Source: Octopus sinensis
Taxonomy: Eukaryota
NCBI RefSeq assembly: GCF_006345805.1
Contig: NC_042997.1
Location: 111,600,001 to 111,664,000, forward strand
Length of the DNA: 64,000 nucleotides
Direction of reading: 5' to 3'
Shown here: one piece after another, positions 1 to 11,824 of the stretch
How the letters are laid out: every line of letters starts with the position of its first letter
Numbering within the stretch: the stretch's first letter is position 1
The notes under the pieces: generated by a model
Told to the model about the DNA's origin: nothing
What the model saw: only the letters and a program-made list of their open reading frames with translations
Databases searched by the model: none
Translations under genes and position numbers: made by a program

Positions 1-185
1 GGACAAACAAGGACAGACAAACAGATTAAGTCGATTAGATCGACCCCAGAGCATAACTGGTACTTAATTTATCAAACCCGAAAGTATGAAAGGCAAAGTC
101 AACCTCGGCGGAATTTGAACTCAGAACGTAGCGGCAGACGAAATATCGCTAAGCATGCTAGTCCTTTACAGAACAGTAGTGCTTA

Positions 186-790
186 CCTTGCATGGCTGAT
201 AAAATCTAGGTCTACAGGGTCAATATCAACATGTAATTTAGCAAATTCAAAGGCTTTATCAAGCAGCGATCTAGATATACAGGGACAAGAATTGATAATG
301 TCAAACTGGGTAAATTTAGCCTTATTCTTGTTCTTAATGTTCTTAAACCAATCTATTACAGTGAAACTATTTATTCCATTGTAGGAACCCAGGAATTTCT
401 CTAATTTTCTTGTTAAATGTTTCTAAGTATTTTTTTTAGCTACTTGCTCAATTTTAGATCTCGCTGGATTTAGCAATCAACAAGTTGGATTATCATGAAA
501 ATTAGGTTTATGGTTTTATATAGTATTAAACGCCTCTCTCATAGCTAAGGATTCTAATCTATCATCAATGTGACTATGGTTAGTGAGAAATTAAGCCATC
601 TCTCTCTGTCAGATTTCTTATATTTAGTGGAAATGATGCCTTTTAGCAACTTGTCATATAAACCATTTGTAATTTCATATAGGTTATTAGTCTTATCAGA
701 AAATAAAAACTTCTTTTAAGAACTTTTTTACAGATTTTAATATCAGATTCCATTTTAGTTTGAAAGGAGTTACATTACTTACAGAATCTA
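186..790 (-). mobile_element. Degraded Penelope-like element (PLE) reverse transcriptase fragment
   Basis: Minus-strand translation with stops and frameshifts gives FLFSDKTNNLYEI...LYDKLLKGIISTKYKKSD, NHKPNFHDNPTC*LLNPARSKI and VIDWFKNIKNKNKAKFTQFDII...ISRSLLDKAFEFAK. These are characteristic PLE RT motifs (DKT, LKDHK..RLINP, FDI). Confidence 0.8.
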
Positions 791-1063
791 ATACTGGTAA
801 TTAAATTAAGGAGATCTGACTCAAAAGGGATTAATTCTTTAACAGCAAAATAGTACTTACAGGTCTTTAAAGCATAACGTTCTGTATACGAGGGAGATCG
901 TCAGCATATAGCAGACCCCCATGAACATCCAATTATGAACTCCTCTGTTATGGCCTGGAGAACTATGATGAAGAAGAATGGACTAAGAACTGATACTGGT
1001 TGAGCTCCAGCTTGTATACTAAATCCATCACTGTATTCAAGGCCGACGCTCACCTTACTGACA

Positions 1064-1117
<54 letters not shown>

Positions 1118-1948
1118 GTTATGTGAACGATATTTTGAAAACAAGTGTTCAGTATTTAATTTCATACATATAACTGAGTGAGTGAGTGAGTGAGTGAGGA
1201 GTGAGAGAGAGAGAAACTGATAAATACAATTTGTGATAAAAATTGAGTTTATTTTAAAATGTCAGTCTTCAGAGCCATACCTTTAAACGCTGTTGCCTGC
1301 TTTAGCATCTGTCACTGCCACCCACTCCATCTGTTGTTTTACTCATTTTCCCCCCTCACTCACGTGACTGACAGGACACTCTTTGCATTAATTAAATGCA
1401 AGATGCTTTGACTCTGGCAGTCATTTGCCCTCAGTGTCTTGAACCCAGAACACTTATGAATGAAGCTTTATAGTTTAAACACTGTCAATCTTCCATCACA
1501 GTTATTTCTGGTGCCACAAGAACACCAATCAACCCTTTTAACACCAAGCTACCCGAAACCATCTCTGGTTGCATGAGACCAACTTCCTGTTTTAAAGTTG
1601 AAATTCTTACATAAAAATTTCATCTTTTACATTTTTATTCTTTCTCTTGTTTCAGTCATTTGACCGTGGCCATGCTGGGGCACTGCCTTGAAAAGTTTTA
1701 GTCAGATGAATCAATTCCAGGACTTATTTTTTAAGCCTGGTACTTATTCTATTGGCTTCTTTTGCTGAACTGCTAAGTTATGAGGATGTAAACACACCAA
1801 CACCAATTGTCAAGCATTGGGACAAACACACACACACACACACACGACAGGCTTCCTACAGTTTCTATCTACCAAATCCAAGTGTGACCGATACCAACTT
1901 CTTGTTTAAGAGTGACCTAAATTAAAATCTTCCATCAAAATACTAGCT

Positions 1949-2386
1949 TTAACCCACTAACTGCCAAATTTTTTTACTCATATTTTTTGGCTTTGCCAGG
2001 TGTCTGAGGAGTTAAAATAATATATTGTATTTAAATTTCCTTCATATGTAAATTAATTTGGAAATTATGATAAATTTTTCGAAAAGTTCCCAACCAAATG
2101 GAGATCGCTGAATAAAAGCATATTTATCCTTTTCTATTCAATTGCAATAATAAACATTTTAGTTTTTTTGAAACTATAGTATCGAATGCGAATGTGTATG
2201 AAATATCAATGAATGATATAAATGGGAAATGCAAAAAAAAAAATTTTCAAAACAGTCAATATTTTTGTAGTTTAAAAATAGCAATTTATGACATAAAAGC
2301 AATTCACTTTAAATACAACAAACAACCGGCAGGAAGACTGTTTTTCGCAGATCCTCAAATGGGGGTCATGGCAGGAAATGGGTTAA
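1949..2386. mobile_element. piggyBac-like MITE nested in another MITE
   Basis: TTAA|CCCACTAACTGCCA ... TGGCAGGAAATGGG|TTAA: imperfect TIRs with TTAA on both sides. Confidence 0.6.
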
Positions 2387-3436
2387 TAAGGACAAACTTA
2401 TTCCACTAGATTCTTTATTATTTTCAAAATTAACTGGAACAAAGATGGTGCATTTCGACTGAAATATGGTAAGAAAAGGGTGAACAGGATTTAAAGGGAA
2501 TGAAATGATCGTGCTATTGTAATTTACACTGATTATCAAAACAGAAAAACAACTGCAAATTTAAATGGGTTTTTAATTAATCAACCATAAATTAGTTTGA
2601 CACACATCATTTGTCTCCTTCCAGAATAAATAAATATATAATTAAGCCAGTGAATATTACTGTTTAATAAAAAAATAAATGAATATAATTAAACAGGAAG
2701 TGATGTTATCACTGTCACCATAGTAACTAGGAAATAAATTTGTGTGAAACACCCATGAAAGTTAATTCTAGATCTGAAAACAACACCTACAGCCAGTCAG
2801 CCATTTTAGGTCGTTAATCTTTGGCATTATCTGTAACGTCATAATGTAATGATGCTGTTACTAATTATATCTACCCCTATAAGTAGAAAACCCTCTCCCT
2901 ACCCCAGTTCAGTAAAGATTTGAATAAACAACATATATAAAAGTATTGACAGAAAATTTGTCCCTCTATCCATTTATTTGTCAGTTCAACAATGTCTGTT
3001 TTACTTACAAACTTGCTACCAGTTTAAATATGTCTGAGGTATACTCGAACCCATAAGAAAGCTTTTTTACTGTATTTTGTCATGGTGAAAATTTCTCAAT
3101 GTAGACAAATAGGTGTAAATATGCAGTCTAGCATGTTGGGTGAAATGCTTAGCGTTATTTCGTCTGCTGTTATGTTCTGGGTTCAAATTCCGCCGAGGTT
3201 GACTTTGCTTTTCATCCTTTCAGAGTTGATAAATTAAGTACCAGTTACGCACTGGGGTCGATGTAATCAACTTAATCCCTTTGTCTATCCTTGTTTGTCC
3301 CCTCTATGTTTAGCCCCTTGTGGACAATAAAAAAATCAGATGTTGCAAGCTGACATGGGAGACAGGTCCCTTTTATGATATTCTTGTCATCATTCAACGA
3401 CTGGTTGCACTATTCAGCAGCTCACCATAAATAAAA

Positions 3437-3480
3437 TACAGGGTGATTAGTGCTAAGCTAATTAGCACTAATCACCAGTA
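3437..3480. mobile_element. Collapsed Tc1/mariner-like mini-element (TIRs only)
   Basis: TA CAG GGTGATTAGTGCTAA gctaa TTAGCACTAATCACC ag TA: perfect 15-bp stem, CAGGGTG start and TA flanks. Confidence 0.45.
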
Positions 3481-6400
3481 CTGTTTGGTTCATTTCATAT
3501 TGTTGCAAATGCTGGAGCACCACCATTAGTTGAACAAATCGACTCCTGGACTTATTCTTTGTAAGCTTAGTACTTATTCTGTCGGTCTCTTTTGCTGAAC
3601 TGCCAAGTCATAGGGACGTAAACACACCACCATCGGTTATCAAGCGATGGTGGTGGGGACAGACACAGACACACAAATACATACACACACACACACACAT
3701 ATATATATGATGGGCTTCTTTCAGTTTCCGTCTACCAAATCTACACACAAGGCTTTGGTCGGCCCGAGGCTATAGTGGAAGACACTTGCTCAAGATGCCA
3801 TGCAGTGGGACTGAACCCAGAACCATGTGATTGGGAAGCAAGTTTCTTACCACACAGCCATTCCTGTGCCTATATATATATATGAATGTATGTATGAAAT
3901 CAAAGTACTAAGCAGTGATGTGTACAAATATAAGCTTGTGACCAGTTCATATACAGTTGAGACAGATTTGAACCAGTCAGAAAGCCATTTTGTATTTTGT
4001 CACAGAGAAAAATTCTTGCTGTAGACAAATAGGTGTGGGCGTATAGTGTGTGTGTGTGTGTGCTAGTAATATATTAGTAGAGAAAGAGAAGTGGGAAAGA
4101 GAGAGAGAGAGCGTGTGCTTGTCTAGTGTAGAATGAAAGAAAGAGAAAAGGAGTTGAGAGGAATAAGTGTCTCTCTGTGTACATGAGAGAGAGAAAGAAA
4201 GAAAGAGAGAGAGCTTCTATATTGTTGACAAAATTTTTCTGCTGGCCAAACAACAGTTAAAACATTGTTCTTTTGAGATTGGGTTAGTTTTATTTTATTT
4301 CATTTTTTTCTTCTGGTTTTAGAAAAAAAAATGCAGAAAGAAAAGGAAAAAGAAGCTTTCAAGTTAAAAGTGGAAAAAAAAAAAAAAAACAGAAATAAAC
4401 TATAAATAGGAACGGAATGTATGTAATGGGTGAGAGTAGAGTATACATGGGTGGGGACTCGTGTGACACACACACACACGTACATAGAGAGAAACGCACG
4501 CACACAAAAGTATAACCTCCATGTGTATAATTATAGGTTAACAGTGTCTGTATACATGTTTGTGTGAACATTCATACATGGATATAACATTAGCATGTAT
4601 AATTATAGCTTAGTATAGGTGCAAGCGTGGCTGTGTGGTAAGAAGCTTGCTTCCCAACCACATGGTTCCCAGTTCAGTCCCACTGCATGGAACCTTGGGC
4701 AAGTGTCTTCTACTTTTGCCTCGGACTGACCAAAGCCTTGTGAACCGATTTGGTTGACAGAAACTGGAAGAAGCCCATCATATTTATGAGTGTGTGTGTG
4801 TGTGCCCTATCACCACTTGATAACCAGTGTTGGTGTGTTTTTGTCCATGTAACTTGCTGAGGTTGATTTTGCCTTTCATCCTTTTTAGGGTTGATAAAAT
4901 AAGCACCAGTTGAGCACTTGGGTCAATGTAATCAACTTACCCACTTCTCCTAAAATTGCTGGCCTTGTGCCAAAATTATTAGCTGGTGTGCATAAGCAAA
5001 AGCAGGGTAATCACTTGTCTTTGTCTGTGTGTTAGCAAAATTACTGAAAAACAGCTGAACAGATTTTCACCAAATTTTAGTAGAAATACTCATTGGGAGA
5101 GTGGCTCAAAATGATGAAAATTTGGTTTGATTATCTTCAAGCATACATAAATACATACACAGATATGCGACTGTGTGTGTGTGCATGTACAGTGATGAAT
5201 TCAAGGGTTTCATTTATTTCTGAGTTGATTTCTTAATTTCACTGCGGTATAGATACTTATAAATATGTTAATTAAAGAAAAAAAATCAAACTTACAAATT
5301 TCTCAATAACCAAGCGGTCGTATTATTTATATCCAACAATGAACTACAGTACTTTGATTCACCTGCCATCATTGAAAGATGTTCAAAACACTCCTCAAAT
5401 TCTATGCAATATTTTCTACAACTATTTCATCTTGTTCACTTTCTTTTTCATATGAATCAACCCTCGTCTGCGTGTGTATACATCATGGTGTACCTATGCG
5501 CATAGACATGTGTACATACATAGATATGCGACTGTGCATGCAGAGTGACAGATTTGAGGGTTTCGCTTATTTACGAGTAGATTTCTTAATCTCACCAGAG
5601 TATAAATACCTATAATGGTGATACTTAAAACATTAAAAAAAAACCCAACAAAAATTGAACTTACAAATTTCCTGATAAGCAAGTTTAATCCAACACTTAC
5701 AAAGCTTAATTCAGTTCAATTAAAAAGCATGAATAACCAATGCATGTTAAGCCACACTAGAATTTGCCAAAAAAATTTATCTGAAACAAGTAAAAGAATA
5801 AAAGACTTGTTTTTATTTTTCATCAATACACCCCCACCCCACAAGCATACTCATACCCGAAATATACTCCAAATTTATTTCATCTCAACAATTATATAAT
5901 CTTCCCCTCGTTAATCATTGTCCTTCCTTATCTCTCTATCTCTCATCCGCGAAACTACCCTTTCTCTTACTTCGTTCCCTAATGCTGTCTGTTAGTCTCT
6001 CCACAGAACCCATTACCATTTAAATCAGCCATATCTGGCCCAAGATGTTTTACATTGAAACTGACTGGATCCAGCCTCTCACACTTATCCTACAATGCCA
6101 TTGTATAAATAAGCAATCACATCACTGTAATCTTACAGCTGCAAGATAATGCCTGATTAATTTAAAACAACAGCATCATCATCGTTTAACGTCCGTTTTC
6201 CATGCTGGTATGGGTTGGATGGTTCAGCTGGGGTCTGGGAAGCCAGGAGGCTGCACCAGGCTCCAGTCTGATCTGGCAGTGTTTCTACAGCTGGATGCCA
6301 ACCACTCTGAGAGTGAAGTGGGTACTTTTTTTAAGTGTCACTGGCACAGGGGGCTGGCATCGACCATGATCAGATGGTGCTTTTTACGTGCCACTGGCAT

Positions 6401-7375
6401 GGAAGCCAGTCAATGCGGCGCTGGCATTACGCTTGACAAACTAACCTGAACTCTAAAAGGTTAAAGCCTTTCACAGTAACAAACCTGTTCTTGGCTTTCC
6501 CCATCAGAATTTAACTTCTCAGCACCATTCCTAAGTCACTACTCTCTCCCCCATCCTTCCCCTCAGCTGTGGGAGCTCGTTAGTCTTGGGAGTTACACAG
6601 TCACCTCAGTGGTGCTGGTCCACATGAAAAGCACCCTCTACACTCTGCAAAGTGAATGGCACTAGGAAGGAAAACAAACCACAGAAACCATCTGTGGTCC
6701 TTCATCCAACCCATCCTAATGTGGAAAGTAAACACAAAATGACAATGATGGTGATGATGGCGGCAGCAGGGGTGGTAATGACAATGGCGATGATTCTGAT
6801 GCTGATGGTGATGATGCTGATGGTGATGATAGCAGTGGTGATGGCGATAATGGTGGTGATGATGTATTTACTCTGCAGATAAAAATCCTGAAGATGAATT
6901 TAGTGATGCTGTAATTGGTCTGGCAATGAATTGACCAAATATATTGGTTCACAATGAAACTAGCAAACTATAGAATTACAAGAAATGGTATCATTTTCTG
7001 TGATGTAATTATTTGCAATGAATTTAATTAATACCATTCTGTGTATGACATATTTGATGCAAAGAAACATAGGAAGTGATTTCATTCTGTCACTTGATCT
7101 CCACTGGGTTTTCCGTTTCTGTTGTGTGCATCACACCAATTCCTTGACAGAAGCAAATGCCACAAACATTTCAACATTTATCAGCAATGATAGCGTTGCT
7201 ATTTATGCCAAAGTGTAGTAAGTCCAAAACGTTGCTTTTTCAGAAAACGAAAAAATTGTTTCACCATTCCATAGCAAACCCATTGTACTACACTTTGACG
7301 ATTTAAAAGTAAGAATTTCCAAATATATAAGTGTCTCTATAAATAGTTGTCTATCTATCTATCCCTATATATATA

Positions 7376-7835
7376 GTGTGCGTGTATGTGTGTGTGCATA
7401 TATACATCCCCCCATCCCATCCCTTAGACCTCACCCTTGCTTCTCCCACACCCCAACACACCACACCACACACACTAGCACTGACCACTTCCCAGCACCC
7501 ACACCATCATCCACACACGCACATGTCAATGTCATCAGCCCCCTTCCACATGCACATACCTGCTCTCACATAGACAAGCATGCACACCTTCGTTTTGGGA
7601 TCACCACTACTTTATTATCTCCCCTTCTTCCTAACTCTCCTGTGTGAGCCCTCTGTCCAGCATTTGCCATGATAGATCACTAGCCACTATACCTTTTTCT
7701 ATTTTCTCTCCCTGTTTATTTCTGTGTTCCTTTCTGTTGAAGAGTGTAGGCTCAAAATGTAAAAGATCTCACTTCCTGAGCATTAAACTAATACATCTTT
7801 GTCTTTTGTTTTTTTGTAAATTCTCACTATACATA
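7376..7835 (+). mobile_element. Putative Penelope-like 3' terminal (pLTR-like) fragment with hammerhead-like motif
   Basis: Pyrimidine-rich body, then a hammerhead-like motif at 7730-7765, then a tail (cctgagcattaaactaatacatc...ttttgttttttgtaaattctc) that recurs at ~56225-56375. Flanked by (TA)/(CA) repeats. Confidence 0.45.
7730..7765 (+). ncRNA. Degenerate minimal type-I hammerhead ribozyme-like motif
   Basis: CTTT-CTGTTGA-A GAG tgtagg CTC-AAAATGT A-AAAG: stem I, CUGNNGA-like core, stem II and GAAAC-GU-A position. Core is mutated. Confidence 0.4.
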
Positions 7836-8585
7836 CACACACATGCATGTATATTGTTGCTATTATGCAAAAGTGTCGTAATTTAAAATGTAGCTTTTTC
7901 AGAAAACGAAAAAATAGTTTTATCATTCCATAGCAAAACCGTTGTACTACACTTTGACAATTTTTGATATCTTGGCACCTAAAGCAGCTGGAGATATGAT
8001 AGTTTGACCAAAAGAACCCGCTATTGCAAGCAAAAATAAATATTAAAAAAAAAAACACATTTGGCCAAATTTGGATATACGACAATTTAAAATAATAGCA
8101 ACGATATGCAGCAACCCACCAATTTGTTGGCCCAGAATTTTTGTATCTGAAAAAAGAAGACATGATTTGGAGGTAGGTCAATATGTATTTGAGGAGCAAG
8201 AAGGTTTCTATAGCATCTTGATGTAATTCTGGCATTCCTCAAAGCTCCTTGAAACAGCCATTTTGACTGTTGGATCAGCGCTGTGCTCCAAAAGAATCAA
8301 TCCTATATTGTAAGCTTCACAGAATCCACAAACATTAACTACTGTGGGGAACTAATTTTTAGTGAGCTAAGTCACATAAATCAACCAGTACAGGACTTAT
8401 ACACACACCTTCTCTACAAATACACAAGTTAACTTGACATATGCTTAAACTGCAGGCTTGTATGCAGGGCTTCTCTGTGTTTCAGTATTAAACATATATA
8501 ACACCCACACACAACAGGCTTCTTTCAGTTTCCATCTACCAAATCCACTCACAAGGTTTTGGTTGGCCCAAGGCTATAGTAGAAG

Positions 8586-8815
8586 GCGGCGAACTGGCAG
8601 AAACGTTAGCACGCCGGGCGAAATGCATAGCCGTATTTCGTCTGTCGTTACGTTCCGGGTTCAAATTCCGCCGAGGTCGACTTTGCCTTTCATCCTTTCG
8701 GGGTCGATAAATTAAGTACCAGTTACGCACTGGGGTCGATGTAATCGACTTAATCCCTTCGTCTGTCCTTGTTTGTCCCCTCTGTGTTTAGCCCCTTGTG
8801 GGTAGTAAAGAAATA
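8586..8815 (+). mobile_element. Young tRNA-derived SINE with Nin-like domain (family A), nested in an opposite-orientation family-B SINE
   Basis: B box GGTTCAAATTCC, Nin-like block GCCTTTCATCCTTTCGGGGTCGATAAATTAAGTACCAG, CpGs retained, and an 11-bp TSD TATAGTAGAAG at 8575-8585 and 8816-8826. Other copies at ~1-160(-), 3135-3335, 11549-11815, 14880-15090(-), 16680-16870(-), 17135-17358(-), 19218-19415, 26205-26420 and 51620-51835(-). Confidence 0.85.
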
Positions 8816-8988
8816 TATAGTAGAAGATGCTTGCCCAAGGTGCCACACAGTGGGACCAAACTCAGAACCATGTGGTTGGGAAAGCAAACATCTTATCACA
8901 CAGCCATGCCTGCACGTATATAAAGGTATACAACTGCTTATAGAAGAAAGTGCGAAAATACAGAAGAGATAGAAAGAGCATCACTTAC

Positions 8989-9359
8989 TTGTCTACTAGT
9001 GTTCTGAGTAGTGTAAGAGCCTCCAATACCAAAGAGTCAATATCTCCAACAGAATACAAGAGTAAGCCCTGATTCTCCATGTAACGTCCTCCATGATGTA
9101 ACATCTCACTGACCATCAGCTCACTGACGTCATCATAGTTACGCCGCACCGAAGTCGCTGCCAACTCATTTCGATTCGTTACTAAAGCCGGTGACGCACG
9201 AACAGAATTTGTACTGTGTCCATAACCTTCAAATCCAGCTCCAGATGTCAGTGCCGGTGTTGCTGTTGTTGTTACCGTCGTCGTCGTCGTGGTAGTTGTG
9301 GTTGTTGATGTTGAATGCCTGGGCTGTTGTGACCTATCCTTGCATAAACAAGTGCCCAT
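8989..9359 (-). CDS. RSPRY1: First coding exon of RING finger and SPRY domain-containing protein 1 orthologue (123 codons + 2 nt; remaining exons not found in window)
   Basis: Translation MGTCLCKDRSQQ...GDIDSLVLEALTLLRTLVD(N) matches the RSPRY1 N-terminus as I recall it (human MGNSCICR...[24 protein letters not shown]). ATG at 9359 is in strong context (AAG ATG G) with an in-frame TAA upstream at 9435-9437. Canonical donor AA|GTAAGT at 8989/8988 splits the Asn codon (phase 2). Confidence 0.9.
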
Positions 9360-9557
9360 CTTGCTGCTGGTGATGCAAACTGGAACTGGGGGTAGTTTGA
9401 AACCCACAGTGAAGACACACGTGTCTGGCAGAATTTATTTTGGAATGGAACAAGGCAGAAGCAGCGGTAATGGCTAGATGCGTCATTGAGGGATTCTCTG
9501 GTGCTGAAAACCCAACTATAATATGTAGAGAGAACTGGGAATTGTCTCTGGTAAAGG
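9360..9557 (-). other. RSPRY1: 5'UTR part of the RSPRY1 exon, preceded by a splice acceptor
   Basis: Minus strand reads TTTTTTCGTCTTTTCTCTTGTCTTTTGCAG|CCTTT, a long polypyrimidine tract plus CAG ending at 9558. This implies at least one further upstream non-coding exon. Confidence 0.7.
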
Positions 9558-10744
9558 CTGCAAAAGACAAGAGAAAAGACGAAAAAATATTTTAGGAAAT
9601 AGAATGAGACGGGTTTTTTATGAAAAGATAATTTCAAGTTTTGTTGCTGATGTAAGTGTCATCATCATCATTGTTTAACGTTCGCTTTCCATGATGGCAT
9701 GTGTTGGATGGTTTGGGTTAGGGTGAGGACTGGTGGGCCAGTAGGCTGCACCAGGCTCCTGAGCTGGCAAAGTTTCAACAGCTGGATGCCCTTCCTAATG
9801 CCAACCACTATGAGAGTGTAGTGGGTGCTTTTACATGCCACTGGCATGAGGGTCAGTGAAGCGGTTCTGGCAACGACCACGCTCAAAAGGTGTTTTTTAT
9901 GTGCTACCTGCATGGGAACCAATCCATGGTCCTGGGAATGATCGTGCTCGGATATGTTTTTAATGTTCCACTGGCACGAGTGGGGGGGGGGAAAGAGAGA
10001 GAGATGCGTGATCCATGCGGGGACAAACACGCGAGCAGTATAGGGATAGGTAAGTAAAAAGATCAAGGTGATTAAAAGGGGTATAAAACGCCAGTCTGAG
10101 AAAGTTACAAAGGCCAGAAGCAATTTTCAAAATTTAGTGGCCCCCAGAGCAGTGTGGTAATTTTATAGATTAAACAAAAAGTTACCATGATGATGACAAC
10201 AGCACAAATAATGTTGGTGATGACAGCAACACATAATGATAAATATGATGAAGAACAAATATCAACAATAATGATGACAAATAGCGTTTGGTAGGCATGG
10301 CTTTGTGGTAAGAAGTTTGTTTCTCAATGTCATGGTTCCAGGTTCAGTTCCTATGTGTAGCACCTTGGGCAAGTGTTCTCAATTATAGCCTCGAGCCAGC
10401 CAAAGCCTTGTGCATGGATTTGCTAGATAGAAACTGAAAGAAGCCCTCCTATATTACAACATCCATTTCACCACTTTATTTCCAAAACAAATTTTTAAAA
10501 AATGAAACACTGAACTACTTTAAGTAAGAAGAAATGCTAATATTGTATAAAAGAATAATTTGAAATAAAAACAAATTTCGTTAGAGCTTTAAAATTAGGA
10601 AGGAAAAAAAATCTACAAATAAGTTTTTGTGTAGCAAAACCGACTTCTTCCTGTAATGCCATCCTCTAAAAAAAGACTATTTAAAGAAAACAATTCTTTG
10701 AAAATTAACAGATTTTTCAGAAAATAGTTGAAATGTTTATTTTT

Positions 10745-11011
10745 ATATTTACACTATTTACATTTGACGGATATTTGTCCTCATCTTGTTTGTCGTTAAC
10801 ACAACGTTTTGGCTGATATACCCTCCAGCCTTCATCAGGTGTCTTGGGGGAAATTTTGAACCTGGGTTCTCATTCCTAAGATATTTTTCGATGTTACTAT
10901 CATTATTATTATTCAGGTCACTGCTTGGAATCAAACTTGGAATCTTGGAGTAAGTAGCCCGCGCTCTTAACCATTATGCCATATACCCATGGGCATATGG
11001 CATAGTGGTTA
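10745..11011 (-). mobile_element. tRNA-headed short element with hammerhead-containing tail (copy 1)
   Basis: Minus strand: A box TGGCATAATGG (10971-10981), B box GTTTGATTCC (10927-10936), then GACAC-CTGATGA-A-GGCTG..CAGCC-AAAAC-GTT-GTGTT (10798-10843). The head is duplicated as an inverted repeat at 10968-11011. Confidence 0.65.
10798..10843 (-). ncRNA. Minimal type-I hammerhead ribozyme motif (G of GAAA lost by CpG decay)
   Basis: Stem I GACAC/GTGTT, CUGAUGA core, stem II GGCTG/CAGCC, palindromic stem III AACGTT and NUH=GUU. Confidence 0.65.
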
Positions 11012-11824
11012 TTTTTTTTATTAAAAATAAATTTTCTTTAAGATGTTAGTCTTTTGGAGTGGAATACAATATTTTATCCATTTAATCAAAGTTTGTTTGG
11101 TACACTGAAGAGAATTTATTTTCTTTATAAGAAATAAATTAAAATCAACATTATCTTTATATTTATTGTTCAATAGGTGCAGGGTTGGCTGTGTAGTAAG
11201 ATTCTGCTTCCCAACCACAGGATTCTGGGTTCAGTCCCACTGGTCTTCTACTATAGCACTGGGCCAACCATAGCCTTGTGAGAGGATTTGGATGATGGGA
11301 ACAGAAAGAAGCCTGTTGTATATATCTATGTGCGTGTGTCTTTGTGTTAGTGTCCCACCACCACTTGACAACTGGTGTTGAGGTGTTTACATTCCTGTAA
11401 CTTAGCGGTTCAGCAAAAGAGACCAATAGAATAAAGACCAGGCTTAAAAAAATGTACTGAGGTAGATTTGTTTGACTAAGATTATTCAAGACAGTGCCCC
11501 AGTATGACCGCAGTCAAATGACAAACAGGTAAAAGAAATTATACAAGGTAAGGCAGTGAGCTGTACCAGTTACACATTGGGGTCGATATAATCAACTTAA
11601 TTTGTTTGTCTGTCCTTGTTTGTTCCCTCTGTGTTTAGCCCCTTGTGGGTAGTAAAGAAATAGGTATTTCATCAGTCTTTACATTTTGAGTTCAAATTCC
11701 ACCGAAGTCGACTTTGCCTTTAATCCTTTTGGGGTTGATAAATTAAGTATCAGTTGCATACTGGGGTCGATCTACCCCCCCCCAATTTCAGGCCTTGTGC
11801 CTAGAGTAGAAAAGATAAATTATT

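Noticed and set aside
6652-6882. Met/Val-rich hydrophobic ORF
   Set aside because: Degenerate (GAT/GGT)n trinucleotide tail of a repeat.
1-8988. Next RSPRY1 coding exon (expected DQEPP...GW...IP..DPLGPAVI)
   Set aside because: I found no such motif on the minus strand by eye. It probably lies outside the window; tBLASTn would confirm.
9360-9407. N-terminal extension MGFKLPPVPVCITSSK in the ORF track
   Set aside because: It begins at GTG, not ATG. The ATG at 9359 has strong context and matches the conserved MG..C.C start.
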